From assembly GCA_964035545.1 (NCBI GenBank), contig OZ037766.1, forward strand, positions 7,244,722 to 7,308,721: a stretch of 64,000 nt of DNA. The letters run 5' to 3'. The notes under the pieces are model-generated. The model ran no database searches and had not been told where the DNA came from. It worked only from the letters and a program-made list of their open reading frames with translations. The stretch is from Bugula neritina (taxonomy: Eukaryota; Animalia; Bryozoa). Made by a program: the position numbers and the translations under genes. Position 1 is the stretch's first letter, and each line of letters starts with the position of its first letter. Positions 35,201-48,276 of this stretch are shown in pieces.

Positions 35201-38200
35201 AAGCTTTTACCTGTATCACAATCTTTTCACCAGGATGTATCGGCCGTTCAGTGAACACAAAGGCATTAGCATACTCTGCTGAATGCCTGACAGCAACATT
35301 TCTTTCGCTGTTTATACCAACATGGTGGCCAGTAGTCCGGTGAAACATGAGTTTATTAAAAGAATATTTGGAGTGGTGTTTAACAGGCGTTGTGACTGGA
35401 GCTGTTGTGACGGGAGACATGGGACTACTTCCTGTCCTACGCTTTCTTGAAGCAACGGCGCCATCTGCGGCAGTAGATACAAACACGAGGGGTGAAGTTG
35501 TCTTATCTGTAAAAAGAAAGGTCACGACCTTTGTGTGATCTAAGGCTAAATTACTTGATATCTTTAGTAAGAGTGAGATATATTCATCATATTTTCAAGT
35601 CTCAATAATCAAAATCATTGTGCAATACATCACATTAAATTGTTTCAAGTAACACCTAACTATCAGGCTAATAGTAGGGCTATACTGAAATATATTTTAC
35701 TTTCTTTAATCAATATGAAAATCAATTACCTTGTATTCAATGAGTACAAATTATTTTCTTTCTAAACACTATATAATAACATTTCGGAAATCTTTTAGAT
35801 AAACATAATTATACAGAAATATAGCTAAAAAAGCAGCTATACTATATAATATATTAAAATCAAAGATTCACATTCTAAGAATATTTACAAACATTACTAG
35901 GTTAATTTTTTTAGAAGACAATACCGCTAGCACTTCTTTACAGCTAGCATTTTATCCAACATTTACAGCTTTGGTAAAAATATCTACCATACATCCTGTC
36001 ACGGAATTTTCAAACAGGTTTAAGCTGAAAAGTTTGAAAATTTACTTAAATTTTGGTTTACTGTTGTGAAATCAACGCATTATAATACAGGTACAACAAG
36101 TGTGAGAACACAAATCCTAAAAATTCTCAACTCCAAATTTATTGAACACTTTGTACCTAAATTGGTAAAAATGTGGATAAAGCTAGAGTTACACTTGCCT
36201 GATGATACATGGCACTAAAAACAGTTCTTCCATCTTTTTTATTAAATGTATTACATCATTGGTTTGATACTAGTGCCAACTGAACCACAGCAGTATTAAA
36301 ATATTCAACTAATAAAATATATATTTAGCTAATAAAATATTATCTTAGCTATCATTTACGGACGTTTGAGGGTTGTGTGCTCAAACAATTTTGTTTATAA
36401 GAAATTATATGCTCATGACATTGTCATTTAGCTCTGAAATCTGCAGTAGTATAAAACTACAAGTTTCACAGTCCAATTTTTAAAGAAACTTTGAGAAATT
36501 ATACTTTTATATTCTTTATGCCCTATTAAGCCGCTTATCAACTCACCTAGAAACTCTACCCCAGTGGCATTGCCGTATATGTCAATGAGAGCCCATAGAG
36601 GCGAAGAAACATTTACTCCACTGAAGAATGGTCCCGGCAGGTCCTCATTGTTTAAAGAAATATGTACATCCCCAGATCTGTTCACAACATACGTGATGAC
36701 ATTGTTGACAATACCAAATCTCTCCGGTAATGCTTTCGCCCAATTTCCTGCATAAAAACATGCTACTTCTAAAACTGCTATACACAGAAACATTAACTCA
36801 CAACACAGATCATTTATTCAAAGTTGTTTCTCTAGCTTTTCTACTAGCTATATATTTTTTAATAATTAGAAAACCCTTACATTTGGGGATGGTTTCTAGG
36901 AAAGAAAGAAAGGAGCAGCCCTGGTCTAGGGTTTGCTTAGTAAACACGAAGTCAGTGGTTCGAACCCCAGACAAAGGCCATTGGTGATGTTAGGAAGAGC
37001 ATCCAGTCATAATTGCTCCTATGCCCCATCTAAATAAGTCCTTAGCCCAGTTTAATAAAAAAAATCTCCCATCAGGGGTTTCTCACAGGGATGGCAACTA
37101 TAAACTTGCGTGAGTGAGTTCTTCCAGGAAAGAAAGTACAGTATGATACTCTGGTCAAACCAGATATTAGCTTTAAACTGTTTGAACCAACGTGAAGTTT
37201 GACCTATTATTATAGTCTAAGCATTAAGCTACTGTAGGTCAACCAATCCCCAGCCACTCCTACTAGCCCAGAAAGTCGGACTACTATGCTTACTAGCTGA
37301 GCATTGACTAATTGGTTATTCTAAGAAGAACTGCAGAATTAGAGGAAGTCTAATAATAATGAAATGCCGGAATTGACAATGATCACTAAGTAATCTAGCA
37401 AGCACTGATGTCTACAGGTAAACTGAGAGATAACTTATTGTAGAACAATGCCTAAAGTAATTGGGTGTTTGGTTTGAGTATCACTGATAATGGTTTACTA
37501 AATTGGAATATTGTATCGATTGAACTTAAAAATATTGTTACATGCTGACCAAGTAGGAATTGTAAACTGCCTACTGATGGTGAATTTGAATGGGCACAGT
37601 TGTACAAGTTTCACCCACAAGTGTTCGAATATTTGCCTAATATTTTGCTATCTAAATCAATATGAATGAATTCATCAAATATGAAAGCTAAGACAGCTCA
37701 GTTCAGCTCTACGAGAGGACTTGAAAAATAGAAAGAAACGCCCATCGCAACTACTGTAATCAAAATGGCTGATAATTCTGGTGCCAAGCCCTTTAGTGAT
37801 GGTTGATGGCTGTAATTAGACTGCTGGAGATTTAGTTTTTTAATACCACGGCTAATAGCTTAAAAAAATCTAAGCTTTAATGCAAGGTGGGCAAATGTTG
37901 AATTATCTTTAAGTATATCATAATCCCACAGCTTTTTTACCTGTCACTTTTTCTATCTGGAGATTAACTAAATATATCTATCTGGGAATTAAGTTTTTAG
38001 TTGTTTATAAAATAGTTTATTAAAAAGTAAGCATAAGTAACTCTACAATACAGTAAAAGGCTAAGTTCAGCTACTAGTGCATTTTGCCAGTTTTCAACTA
38101 TAAATTGTTTACTCTCAACTCCTCAAAATTATAAAGATCTAATTCTAAATCTCACTTTGCTAGTCATACCTACCAAGAAGCAATGAAGAACAAAATCTAT

Positions 38201-41200
38201 ATGTGACCCTAATATAAGTTTATAACATGCATGGTATTACTTGTATTTCTAGGTCAAGCTATATCAGTTGAGAGACAATAGAACTGTGTCCAGCTTGAAT
38301 AGGACTAGTCACAGTAAACTGTACAAGTGATCAACTGCATTTCAGTTTACTCCAAGAATTTTCCTCTGGTTAGAATAAAAAGCAGACAACTCTCAATAAA
38401 CCAAAAAGCTCAGCATTTGCTCTGTCAAATAATAGCTAAAAGACTTGTACAACGTTACCTCTACCCAGACATATAATTACTACTATACTTTAGGCGCAGA
38501 AGATGCAACAGTTTAGAGGAGTTCGCCAACAATGGATTGCCTGTTTCCAACTGAAAGTAAACTTCTTCAAAAAAGTATAAACGAACCGGAGTCTCAATTC
38601 TTTTTATGGAAACCAAAAAGCAGTCAGCATGGTTTGACAAATCTTTTGAAAATGTTAACTTGGCAGCAAATGAAATTTTTCTACAGTCAGTATCAGTCTA
38701 CGCAACAGAATTATAAAGTAAATACTGCAATTGTAAGGTAACAATAATTCTTCTACTGTGTACCTAAGTTGAGGGCAAATGCTTTGAGACATTCTTTCCA
38801 AGTTACATAACCAATAAGACATTTCAACTCTAGCACAACAGACTCAACACTGGAAAACAACATTATTAATTACAATAGGCATTTAAGGCACACACAAAAA
38901 ACTTTGGTGAGGCTCATTTCGTTAACAAAAGCACTAGGTTTCCATTAATCCAAGTATAAGATTTGATCATATTATTCCATCTATTTACTATTTGAATGAT
39001 TACAAGTATGAGCTGGAATTTATTGAATGAATTGCAGGGAATGGAATGGCTGTTTGAACTCATCCAACCGTGAGGGGCAGGTCAGCCCATCATGTGAAGG
39101 AGGGGGAGATCAGCAGTGGTGGCAGCAAATACTTACAAATTGTAAACAATAATTATAAGCATGATTACAACTTAAGATGGGAGTATAGTTTAATTAAATT
39201 CTATTATCTCATTATATACTAGCTTAATAATATATTAATTCAACATGACTACCAAGCATCTTGAAGCCAAACGCTTCATCTGTTAACTAACGTGTTACAA
39301 ATAATGGCTGTTTTTATTTAGCAAATTTCTAAGCCTAAACTTATGCATGCATATCTTCAAGATCCTATTAGTTTCTTAACACAGCTCTGAGCTTTAGTTT
39401 CTAATGAATTAAATGCAACAATTAATATAAAGTGAGTGGAGTGAAAACAAATACAAAGTAACTAGTAAAGCTGAACTAATGTTAGCGATTTTTGTTTATA
39501 TTATTTACTTTTTCTAGAATTTTTTCCAGCATATTTACATATAAAGCAAAAGAATCAGTTTTTGTGGAGTTGCTTTTGAGAAGAACAAAATTTGTCCATA
39601 CGGTATTTTAGCCATTCTAATTGGAAGAAACAGCTCCTACCTTTCCCCAATCTAGTAGCTAAAATATGGTGACAAACTGCACTTAACTTAGCTATATTAT
39701 GTTAACGCAACAGTTCAACTTCAACTGGAAATAGCACCAACTTGAAGACATCAACTTTCTAGTTTATTCTACGTTAAACAACCATAACTAAATGTGTTTA
39801 CATTTTTTAGATATTAAACAATAATTTGCATTTTGATAGCAGGTTAAACCTTGTAATTTATAAATTATTAGTCCCTCCATTTCTTGATTAACAAAGTATT
39901 AGAAGTTAGCATAGAAAACTCTTGCAGCTTCAACTGGATGAAGGAGCAGCGGAATTTTACCTGAATGGTAGCCTTAAATTCAGTAAGAGATTTGGGATAA
40001 AACTCACACAATAAATGGATGACTTGTAGCTAGAGCCAAAGTAATCAAGACACCATAAGGCATAAGCCATAACGCATGCATTTATCCTAGCAGATCATTT
40101 TACTAAACTTGAAGGCAGGACAACTCCCGTCTCTACTATAAAAAGCTCTGAAGTCACAACTTCTTAGCCAATGGACAGTCTAGTTGTAAAACTTATATTA
40201 TGTGTAATAGTTGTTATGTTATGTCAGGAGGTGAAAGAGCGGCTAACAACTCAGCAAGATAAATGACTAATACCTTTCGATCCATTTAGGAGCAGTAGTG
40301 GAGAAATTGAGATAGCCTAAGTTCTTTAATTTCATTATTAAATTTTGGTTTGGGGCAATGGTTGAAATTCTTATGAGAACCTAACTTCTTTTGCTACATT
40401 TCTAATTTAGAACACAGGCTTTTCTTAATATCTCCATTACTGCATCTACTTCCTTCTATCAGGGCAGTTGATAATATGAGTTACACAACCACTCTCACAG
40501 TCTTGAAGAGTGTAATTCAGTACCTGGTAGGTTAGTCATATCTGGGCATGCATATCTCGGCAGCGTGGCAGCATCCAGTGAACTTGGGTTGTTGGAGGTG
40601 AAGCCCACCCTCAAAAACCCACTCCAGTTGGTAGAAATCTGTAATGCATATGATGAGACAGTGAAAATAACACGAGAGACAGGGAAGCTATAGAAAGTGA
40701 TGGCAATACAGCTGCACTAACGAACATGTACTTTATACAATACTTGGAAAGCATTAATCATTACAAGTTGAAATACTTGGAAACTGCTTAGCCGACTTCT
40801 TTTAGATGAGCAATGACCAACTTTTGTAGTCTATATAGCTTGTACTAAACTATGTCGTATATATCAAGTGATTAAAACTAACTTTTCCAGGGCAGAAAAA
40901 ACAGGTTAGATCAGTTTTAAGAGATTATAAATCATGAGATACAAACATTTTTAGTTTTAAAAACTACAAAAAAAAACTTGAAGCTGAAACTTTAATAAAG
41001 ATATAAGCAACACTGTAATTGATTTTGTAATCCTGTTCCACACAGTGTGTTACAGTGACTGCCACAGGAAATCCTAACTATATTAAAATATAGCAGTCAT
41101 ATAGAAGGCTGACCTAACTACTGTTTAAACAACTTTATTGATAAACCTGATCCATCAACAAAACATCATAAATGAGTAGAGACCTGGTATTTTGCCAGTG

Positions 41201-43630
41201 CCTGACAGCAGCAGTGTTCTAATGGACAATTTCTATGAGACAAGCCAGTTACAAATGATTAGATACGCAGATGCAAGCAGTTGCCATTGTACATTGTATC
41301 AGAGCTGATAAACTTGTATATATACTATGGAGTAGTAGAGACAGATCTGATGGCATTGTTGTAAATATACATTACAACTTGCTAAAAAGCATTTGCCTAT
41401 TACAATGTAACTGGCATTTGGCTAGTACAGTGCTCACTCCATATCTCACAAATCCAGTTCTCACGAAATCCCATGAAAAGGGCTTGGACCCCATTTTATG
41501 GCTTACGTATGTCTGTATAGGAACAACATGGCCAAATTCAAGGGATCCGTGAGTTAAATCTGGTATTTTACTACCTCACAAATTGAAGTTTCAGGACCTG
41601 CAGCTTAGTGAGATATGGAGGGAGCACTTTACCTACAAAGGCCACATTAACTTATTGGCTGGAAAAGACAAACTGTTACAAGCGCACACAGTACAATATT
41701 CCTTGCCAGTCCAGACAGATATTTGATGTTACTGTGTAGGTGGTATAGTCTACTATATTTAGTTCTTGGTGTAAATTTCTAGACTAACTGGACAGTTACC
41801 ATGTAATAATTCACTTGTGTTTATGGTTAGTTTCTAACATAAACTGTTCCAACATCCTGTTTGCACCAACCCACGCACTGAGTGCAGCTGGTAGGTGCCA
41901 TTAACTAGATACACAGAGCACGTGTATCAGCTGGAACACAGTTGGTGTGTCAGAGGGTAAGTAGAGCTTATGAGTGATGTATTAGTGCAACAATGGCTCC
42001 TTATGACAAATTCATATGGCTACTTTCGGATTCTTTAATTTTGTGACACAATTGGTCTCTAAACATACAGCCGAACAGTCCACTTATATTATATAAAACT
42101 GCTGTATAGGTTTTCCAGTTTGTGGAATATGTCCAGTCTCCATTCTTACATATACCTAGAGTAAGAGTACACAATATAATAACAGCCTGTACTCACATCT
42201 GAACACCTGATAGAGACAGATTCTCCGACAGCAATAGGTCTGGCGCTGAAACATATACCCTTACAGAAGCTTTCAACTCTGCGAGCAACTCTCTCACCAT
42301 TGTAGAGCTCAATGTGCTCGCTGTGCACCCTGTGAAACCGCAACGGCTCTCTCCGAGGTGTGGAATCTTTCTGTGAGATGGATGGCCTACTACTAGAAAC
42401 TGAAAATAAAGCCCACAGTCTGTTGATGTTTTATATAAACAAGAAAGCATTCCATATTGAAACACTTTACAACTATACATTGAGAAAGTTGCAGCCTACT
42501 GCATCACAAGGCAAGGTTACAATCCATCATAGCTAATGATAAGAGACTAAAGATGAGCATGAGGTTGAGGTAGGTGCAGTAATGGAGAAATTGAGAAAAG
42601 CCTGCGTTCTAGATTAGAAATGTAGCATAAGAAGTTATGTTCTTGCAAGAATTTCAACCTGCACCACAAACCAAAATTTATAAAGAAATTTTAAAGAACT
42701 TAGGCTATCTCAATTTCTCCACTACTGCTCCTAAATGAGGAGGGTTGCAGGATTGCAGGATGAGGCAAAAGAACAAGATCAGCCGTAGGATTTCAGTGTT
42801 AATACAGCAACTAAATCATGATTATTACTACTAGACTACACAGCTTAGTGGCTATCATCAGGAAATAGAATTCTCAGTATTGATCATAGGAAGTTGAGAA
42901 GCCAGCTATTCTATTACAGTTTGCATGATGGAAATAGCAAACGTGAGAGGAGTGTAGCCTTTCACATAGAGGCAGTAGTCCATAGCAAAATGCTAAATTA
43001 TAGGGAAAACAAAATCGGCTTTATTTCTATTCATTGAAGGATTAGATATAGCTACAGCCAGTAAGCTTGTAACTATATAATTAAATTTCAGTGTAAGCTA
43101 TAGAGTAGGAGAACTAGTAAATGTAGACCAACACGGAAATGCATAGAGAAACTGATAGAATGAATGTAAGGTTACAAAACACAGGTATGTATAAGCAGTC
43201 TGCATATGTGAAGGGCAACCCAAGGTTGAATCATGCCCAAGCATTACAGGTGTGAAAGGGCAGCTTTCAGTCAGCACTGGCTGTAAACATCAGCTTCATT
43301 TTATTTGAAATCCTGTTCACACATTTTACTGGATTAGGCATCGTAGCAAAATTATCACAACTAAAAGCATAGTATTGGGGTTCACCTTAGGGTCATGAAT
43401 TCAAAATTTAAATGGTGACAGGTGGCGACTAACATAATCCAAGATAACCACATTACATGAATCTGTGGTTTCATGAAACTAGTAACCAGTAAATCCTTAG
43501 GATTAATTTAGCATTATTCACAGAAACATGCTGGTGGCTGAGCAGAAAGTCTACTGCATAGTAGTCCATTTACAGAATTATAACGCTATATATCCTCACC
43601 TGAACCACCTGATGAGTTGTTGTTACCCAT
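32212..43630 (-). CDS. neur: Neuralized E3 ubiquitin ligase (NEURL1-like; 2 NHR domains + C3HC4 RING), 549 aa
   Basis: Exons (minus) 43600-43630, 42197-42399, 40524-40638, 36547-36747, 35211-35506, 33991-34189, 33533-33652, 32212-32696 = 1650 nt in frame. MGNNNS start; NHR1 (LRFHRVH...SFCKGICFSARP...WSGFLRVGFT...PRYACPD...WAKAL...LWALIDIYG); NHR2 (FHRTTG...VFTERP...GVTSCDP...LLDRPEYW...WDLYG); RING ECTVCFE...CGHMCMCYNC...CPICRQDIKDVIRIFKS. Confidence 0.93.
36912..37121 (+). mobile_element. tRNA-derived SINE family A with TSD, antisense in neur intron 3
   Basis: B-box GGTTCGAACCCC, core GGCCATTGGTGATGTTAGGAAGAGCATCCAGTCATAATTGCTCC, GTGAGTGAG tail; 15-bp TSD ttctaggaaagaaag (36894-36908) / ttccaggaaagaaag (37122-37136). 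Confidence 0.85.
40283..40452 (+). mobile_element. ~170-bp MITE-like element (family M1), copy 1
   Basis: Subterminal inverted repeats TAGGAGCAGTAGTGGAGAAATTGAGA / TCTTAATATCTCCATTACTGCATCTA; homologous to 42567-42737 (inverted) and 62318-62481. Confidence 0.8.
41428..41629. mobile_element. Tc1/mariner/pogo-type MITE
   Basis: TIRs CAGTGCTCACTCCATATCTCAC / GTGAGATATGGAGGGAGCACTT, flanked by TA on both sides (41426-41427, 41630-41631). Confidence 0.7.
41872..41944. promoter_or_regulatory. E-box cluster (candidate proneural enhancer) in neur intron 2
   Basis: CAGCTG 41885-41890, CACGTG 41919-41924, CAGCTG 41928-41933 and CAGTTG 41939-41944 within a GC-enriched patch. Confidence 0.35.
42567..42737 (-). 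mobile_element. ~170-bp MITE-like element (family M1), copy 2, inverted
   Basis: Reverse complement of 40283-40452; 42691-42737 is a perfect 47-bp complement of 40283-40329. Confidence 0.8.
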
Positions 43631-44101
43631 AATGCAGTTAATCTAGAATTTGCAGAGCTCAAAAAATTTCAGCCATAGCTATGCACCATCCTATGTCAGC
43701 CATGAAGGTATCGCAAATCGTATCTGGTAAATTATCAAAAATACGGAATATTTAACAATCTACCAAATTTACTATTCACACTTGACCAATCATATTAGGT
43801 TTAACAAATGAATATAACAAAACAAAGCCTTAGAATCTGACTAGGGTGAAGTTGACAACTTTAGAGAAATATCCTTTACATGTTGAGTTACCAAGCTAAG
43901 ATTATTTCAAAATATTGGTCCAAACAAAGGTTTGGGGATGAAACATGATTAATCAGAAAGAAGCATTTGCATTTAAAATACAATTACAAGAGTTACCCAG
44001 CTCTATCTACTAGAAATTTAACTGGTCAAATGATACAAACTAAAAGCTACAATATATAACTAATAGTTAAATATAATTAATCGTTATATGCATGTATAAA
44101 T

Positions 44102-44419
44102 GGTGTCATCCCAGATAGACGCTTCCCACTTAGATGATTCCCAGTTAGATGCTATTTATTTATTTCGCTGCAATATATATTTTATGTGCAATTTATTTGA
44201 ATATTATTGAAATAAACGTATATTTAAACAAACATGGATCAACTGTTTGCTATTTAGCACATAAATAAGTTCTTTTGATCTGCATTAACTTATTATTTTT
44301 GCAATATACAATATTAGGGTACAAAATAAAAAATAGCGTTCAACTGGGAAGAGTCTGAGTGGGAAGGGTCCAAGTGGGAAATTATCGGCTAACTGGGAAG
44401 CCTCTATCTGGGATGAAAT
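44102..44419. mobile_element. Mutator-like MITE with TGGGAA subterminal repeats
   Basis: TIRs TCATCCCAGATAGACGCTTCCCA / TGGGAAGCCTCTATCTGGGATGA; perfect 9-bp TSD tgtataaat (44093-44101 / 44420-44428). Confidence 0.75.
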
Positions 44420-44436
44420 TGTATAAATATATACAT

Positions 44437-44475
44437 TGCACCTTTCACCACTGTGGTGCTGTGGTGGCCGGTCTA
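44437..44475 (-). mobile_element. GC-rich micro-insert, diverged copy 3
   Basis: cacctttcaccactgtggt resembles cacctttcaccgccgtggt of 1983-2020; 15-bp direct repeat tataaatatatacat (44422-44436 / 44476-44490). Confidence 0.55.
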
Positions 44476-45819
44476 TATAAATATATACATGCATACATAG
44501 TATATATCATGTAGAATAAGCTTGTGTGCACAATACATAGTAGTATTCTGAGAATGGTAATTATTAAAGGATTAATTAGTAACTGATTTTAACAAGTCCT
44601 AATGTTTATGTATATTAAATTCATGGCACTTGTAATAAATCATTTTAAACTAAATCTCCTCAATTACACATGAGTGTCTATACTACTAAATAAATAGATG
44701 AAATAGAGAGACTAGTCAAGTCAACAAGTTTAATAGTATAACTTATTTGATACAATAAAATTGACTTTAATCAGAACTTGCTACACTCATACAAATTACA
44801 ACAGTTATGTTCTTTGCTCCAGTTATTCAAGATGCAAAAATATGACAGAAATTTAAGGCAAAGGCATATAATGTAAACAACTTTGCTGAAGAAAGAAAAC
44901 AAAGATAAGTTTACATAAATCGAGGTTACAAAAGCAACATCTAATAGCAGTTATTGGCAGTTTCAAATTTGTAAGAAACTCAACATTGTCTACCTGATGT
45001 CTTTCACAAATTTAAAGTTTATTAATTGTTTAAATCAAGACAAGCTATATTATTAAATTATGAATAATGTGTACGACACATTCAGGAAATCTATTTCATA
45101 ATTTTAGTCTGCTATTACTTCATTTAGCAGTAATATTTTGTTTGCAATACTTCAAGATTAATTATTCCAATAGAGTATAGACCATCTCTTTACATTCCAA
45201 TATCTAAGTAGTCAGTCATAGACTACGCTAATAATAATAATATTAATATTAATAATGACATTTTACTTCCATTGTGACCCCATTAGTCTTAATACTCAAT
45301 ACTGTAACATTGGCATTGAATTCATCTATTGCAAGCTCACAATGATGATAACTGCAGTTCTAACTTTGACTCACTTTTTGTGTGTATTTTTTTGAAGTAG
45401 TGACTATAACCATATTCAATTTTATGTTGCTATTGATTGGACTGTGATACCCATGGCCCTTATTTTAGCGATAGTGTCAGCAAATAATTTTCAGTAATAC
45501 AAATATGTATAGTAGTAATCCACACATATTTCAACACCTTTTATGACAATAGTTTAGTGGAGCCTGTGATAATCTTATCAGAAAAGAGGTTGATGATAAT
45601 TGTCAAGTTATAGGTATAGAGTTAATAATATAAAAGTTGATCACTATGATTTGTGTATTGTAGCAATTTACATTACACTAAATAATACAAACAGAAATAA
45701 TTGTATTCTCAACTAATTCTATACGATAGCAATTATTGCGTATAAAACTTTTAGTCACTGAATATTATATTTGGTGATGGTTTGCAAGTCAACGTTATTG
45801 GTATAACTTATATACACCT

Positions 45820-47260
45820 ATATATTTATTAGTATTACTATTAATATTACTAATATTAGCATTACTATTTCTATTAGTATTCATGTACTTCAGATTGCTA
45901 ATAGTTATAGTGACAATTAATACAAATAGCTAACCTCAAGTCTAATAAGTAATAGGCCTAACTGTTAGTAAAATTTACAAGTAGTAGACTAATACTAATA
46001 GTAATAGCAATATTTATAGTTATTTCAATTTAGCAATAGTATTACTTTGTCTATTAGTACTAGATTAGTTTTAGTAACATTATTAATATTATTTATTAAT
46101 AGTAAAACTAAATGTAATGTAAATATATTATTATTACTATTAATATTACCATTAGCATTACTAGGCCTAGCAATATTATTAGTAATACTAATAATACTGA
46201 TAGTATTAGAGATTTAGTCTGATAGTAATACTAATAGTAACAGTAGTACTAAAATTAAACCTAATACTAATAGCATTTATTCACAATGCCAATATGAATA
46301 CTAATCAAAATAATATTAACAATACTAATACTAATAATAATTCAAATTGCTATACTTATAGTTATATTTATAGTAATGAGTTATAGTTGATCATGTTGAC
46401 TGTTTAAGCTAATCAAATTAAAATAGAGCCCAAAACTGATCCTTGATGAACATCAGATATAACTGAGAGTGGCTCTGAGCTATGACCTTAAAGGACAACG
46501 CTTTTAAATCTTTCTGTCAGGAAGTCAGAGATCCAGGCTAAGAGGTAGTTACCAATGTTAGCAATCATAGATAGTTTATACATCAGTAGAGCATGAGGCA
46601 CTCGGTCAAAGGCTTTTACTAATACTAATTGCTAAGTTAGTAATTACTAACAGTAATACAAATAATAATTGTCATATTAACACTTATTCATTTGTATATT
46701 GCATATTTGATATACTTGTAGCTAATCGCTAACTGTTTAAACTAACCATAATCATAATGGTAGTGTTATATTAAATCTAATACAGAATGAGAATATCAAT
46801 ACACTTATAGTTATACAGATACTCATACTGATAGTGATACTAAAGTGTCAGTGATACTTTAGTTTAACTTGAAGTTGAACTTATTGGAATACTAATGGTA
46901 ATAGTAATACTAATAGTAATAGTAAAACTAAATGTAATACTAATACTAATAGTAATACTAATAGGGATACTAACAGTTACAGTAACACTAACAGTAACAG
47001 TAATACTAATACTAATAGTAAATGTAAATGTAATAGTAATAATATTAATAACCATTAATGATTATACTAATAGTAATACTTATAGTTATTCATTTTCATA
47101 TTGCATTTTGATTCAATTTCATTTTTATAATTAAAATTTCATTAAATTTAAATTTAATATAAATAATCAAATATTAATACTAAATATAAAATTAAATAAA
47201 CTTAAAATTTTCATGATGATGATCATCGATGACTTATGAGTTATGAGTGATGAGTCATGA
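45820..47260. repeat. Degenerate 3/6-nt-periodic TA-rich satellite (AATACT/AATAGT and complement)
   Basis: e.g. aatactaatagtaatagtaaaactaaatgtaatactaatactaatagt; orientation switches within the block. Confidence 0.8.
46410..46617 (-). pseudogene. Decayed non-LTR retrotransposon (CR1/L2-like) reverse transcriptase fragment
   Basis: Minus translation KAFDRVPHALLMYKLSMIANIGNYLLAWISDFLTERFKSVVL*GHSSEPLSVISDVHQGSVLGSIL contains the RT KAFD and (GVP)QGSVLG motifs with an in-frame stop. Confidence 0.85.
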
Positions 47261-48141
47261 GAAACTCAAGCTGACTTTTCTACAAAAACATTTAAAACTA
47301 AAAGCAACATAAATATTTACAAGTTACAACTTTAACACAGTACTAATACATATATATTCTTTGGTTTCATTAAAATCAATAATTGCAAGACAAGTATTAG
47401 TAATATTAGATATTGCTTATTACTGTTGGTGTTGGACTTAGTGTTAAGAGCTAGTTGAGTTTATTTACTTACAATACCGGAAGTACAAGCTGTTATGCTA
47501 TAACAACTGTGCTATGAGCAATTTGTCAGCATAGAAAGCACAACTCTCTATTTAAAACTGTTGACTAAATTTTGTACAGTTTTGTGAAAACACAGTAGGG
47601 GTTATAAACTGCTAATTAACTTTTTACTCTTTATACTAAATTACTTTTGTAATTATTTAACCTAAAATGCTCAAATTTAAAACTAAAAAAAATATAGGTC
47701 TATAGGTCTACTGGATTTAACCAATCAAGCCAACAAATGTGTGCATGAATTATTTAGACAGGACAAAAAACCTAAACATTGCAACTGGCATATGCAATTT
47801 TTTGTAGAACTTCATGGTCGAAATAATTGTTCTTTGAAAAAAGTTTTAATAAACATATAAATGTATGCTTTTAGTTTTTTTTTTGGTCAAAATACTATTA
47901 TAGCTTTTGCTGCTAAAATGAGCGAAACTACATGTTATGTGGACAATATACTCTCCAGTACAAAACTTCTCATTTACTATTCATCTAATTTGAATTATCC
48001 TTTGAATAAGTAAACCAAAAAGTTTCTAATCAACTCAAACTTATATAGCCTATTTACTTTTTTTGCAAAATTACAGTCTTGATAGCAAAAGTAGCCATTA
48101 GGTCTGCTATTGGTTTTGTGCTTCGTGCTCAATGCTTGATG

Positions 48142-48276
<135 letters not shown>

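Noticed and set aside
39040-39175. Alternative neur first exon in intron 3 (GTAAGT donor at ~39137)
   Set aside because: The nearby ATG frame ends in phase 2 while exon 4 starts in phase 1; no other support.
46864-47134. Ile/Thr/Val-rich ORFs on both strands (also 57176-57600)
   Set aside because: By-products of the period-3 satellite; no splice or domain support.
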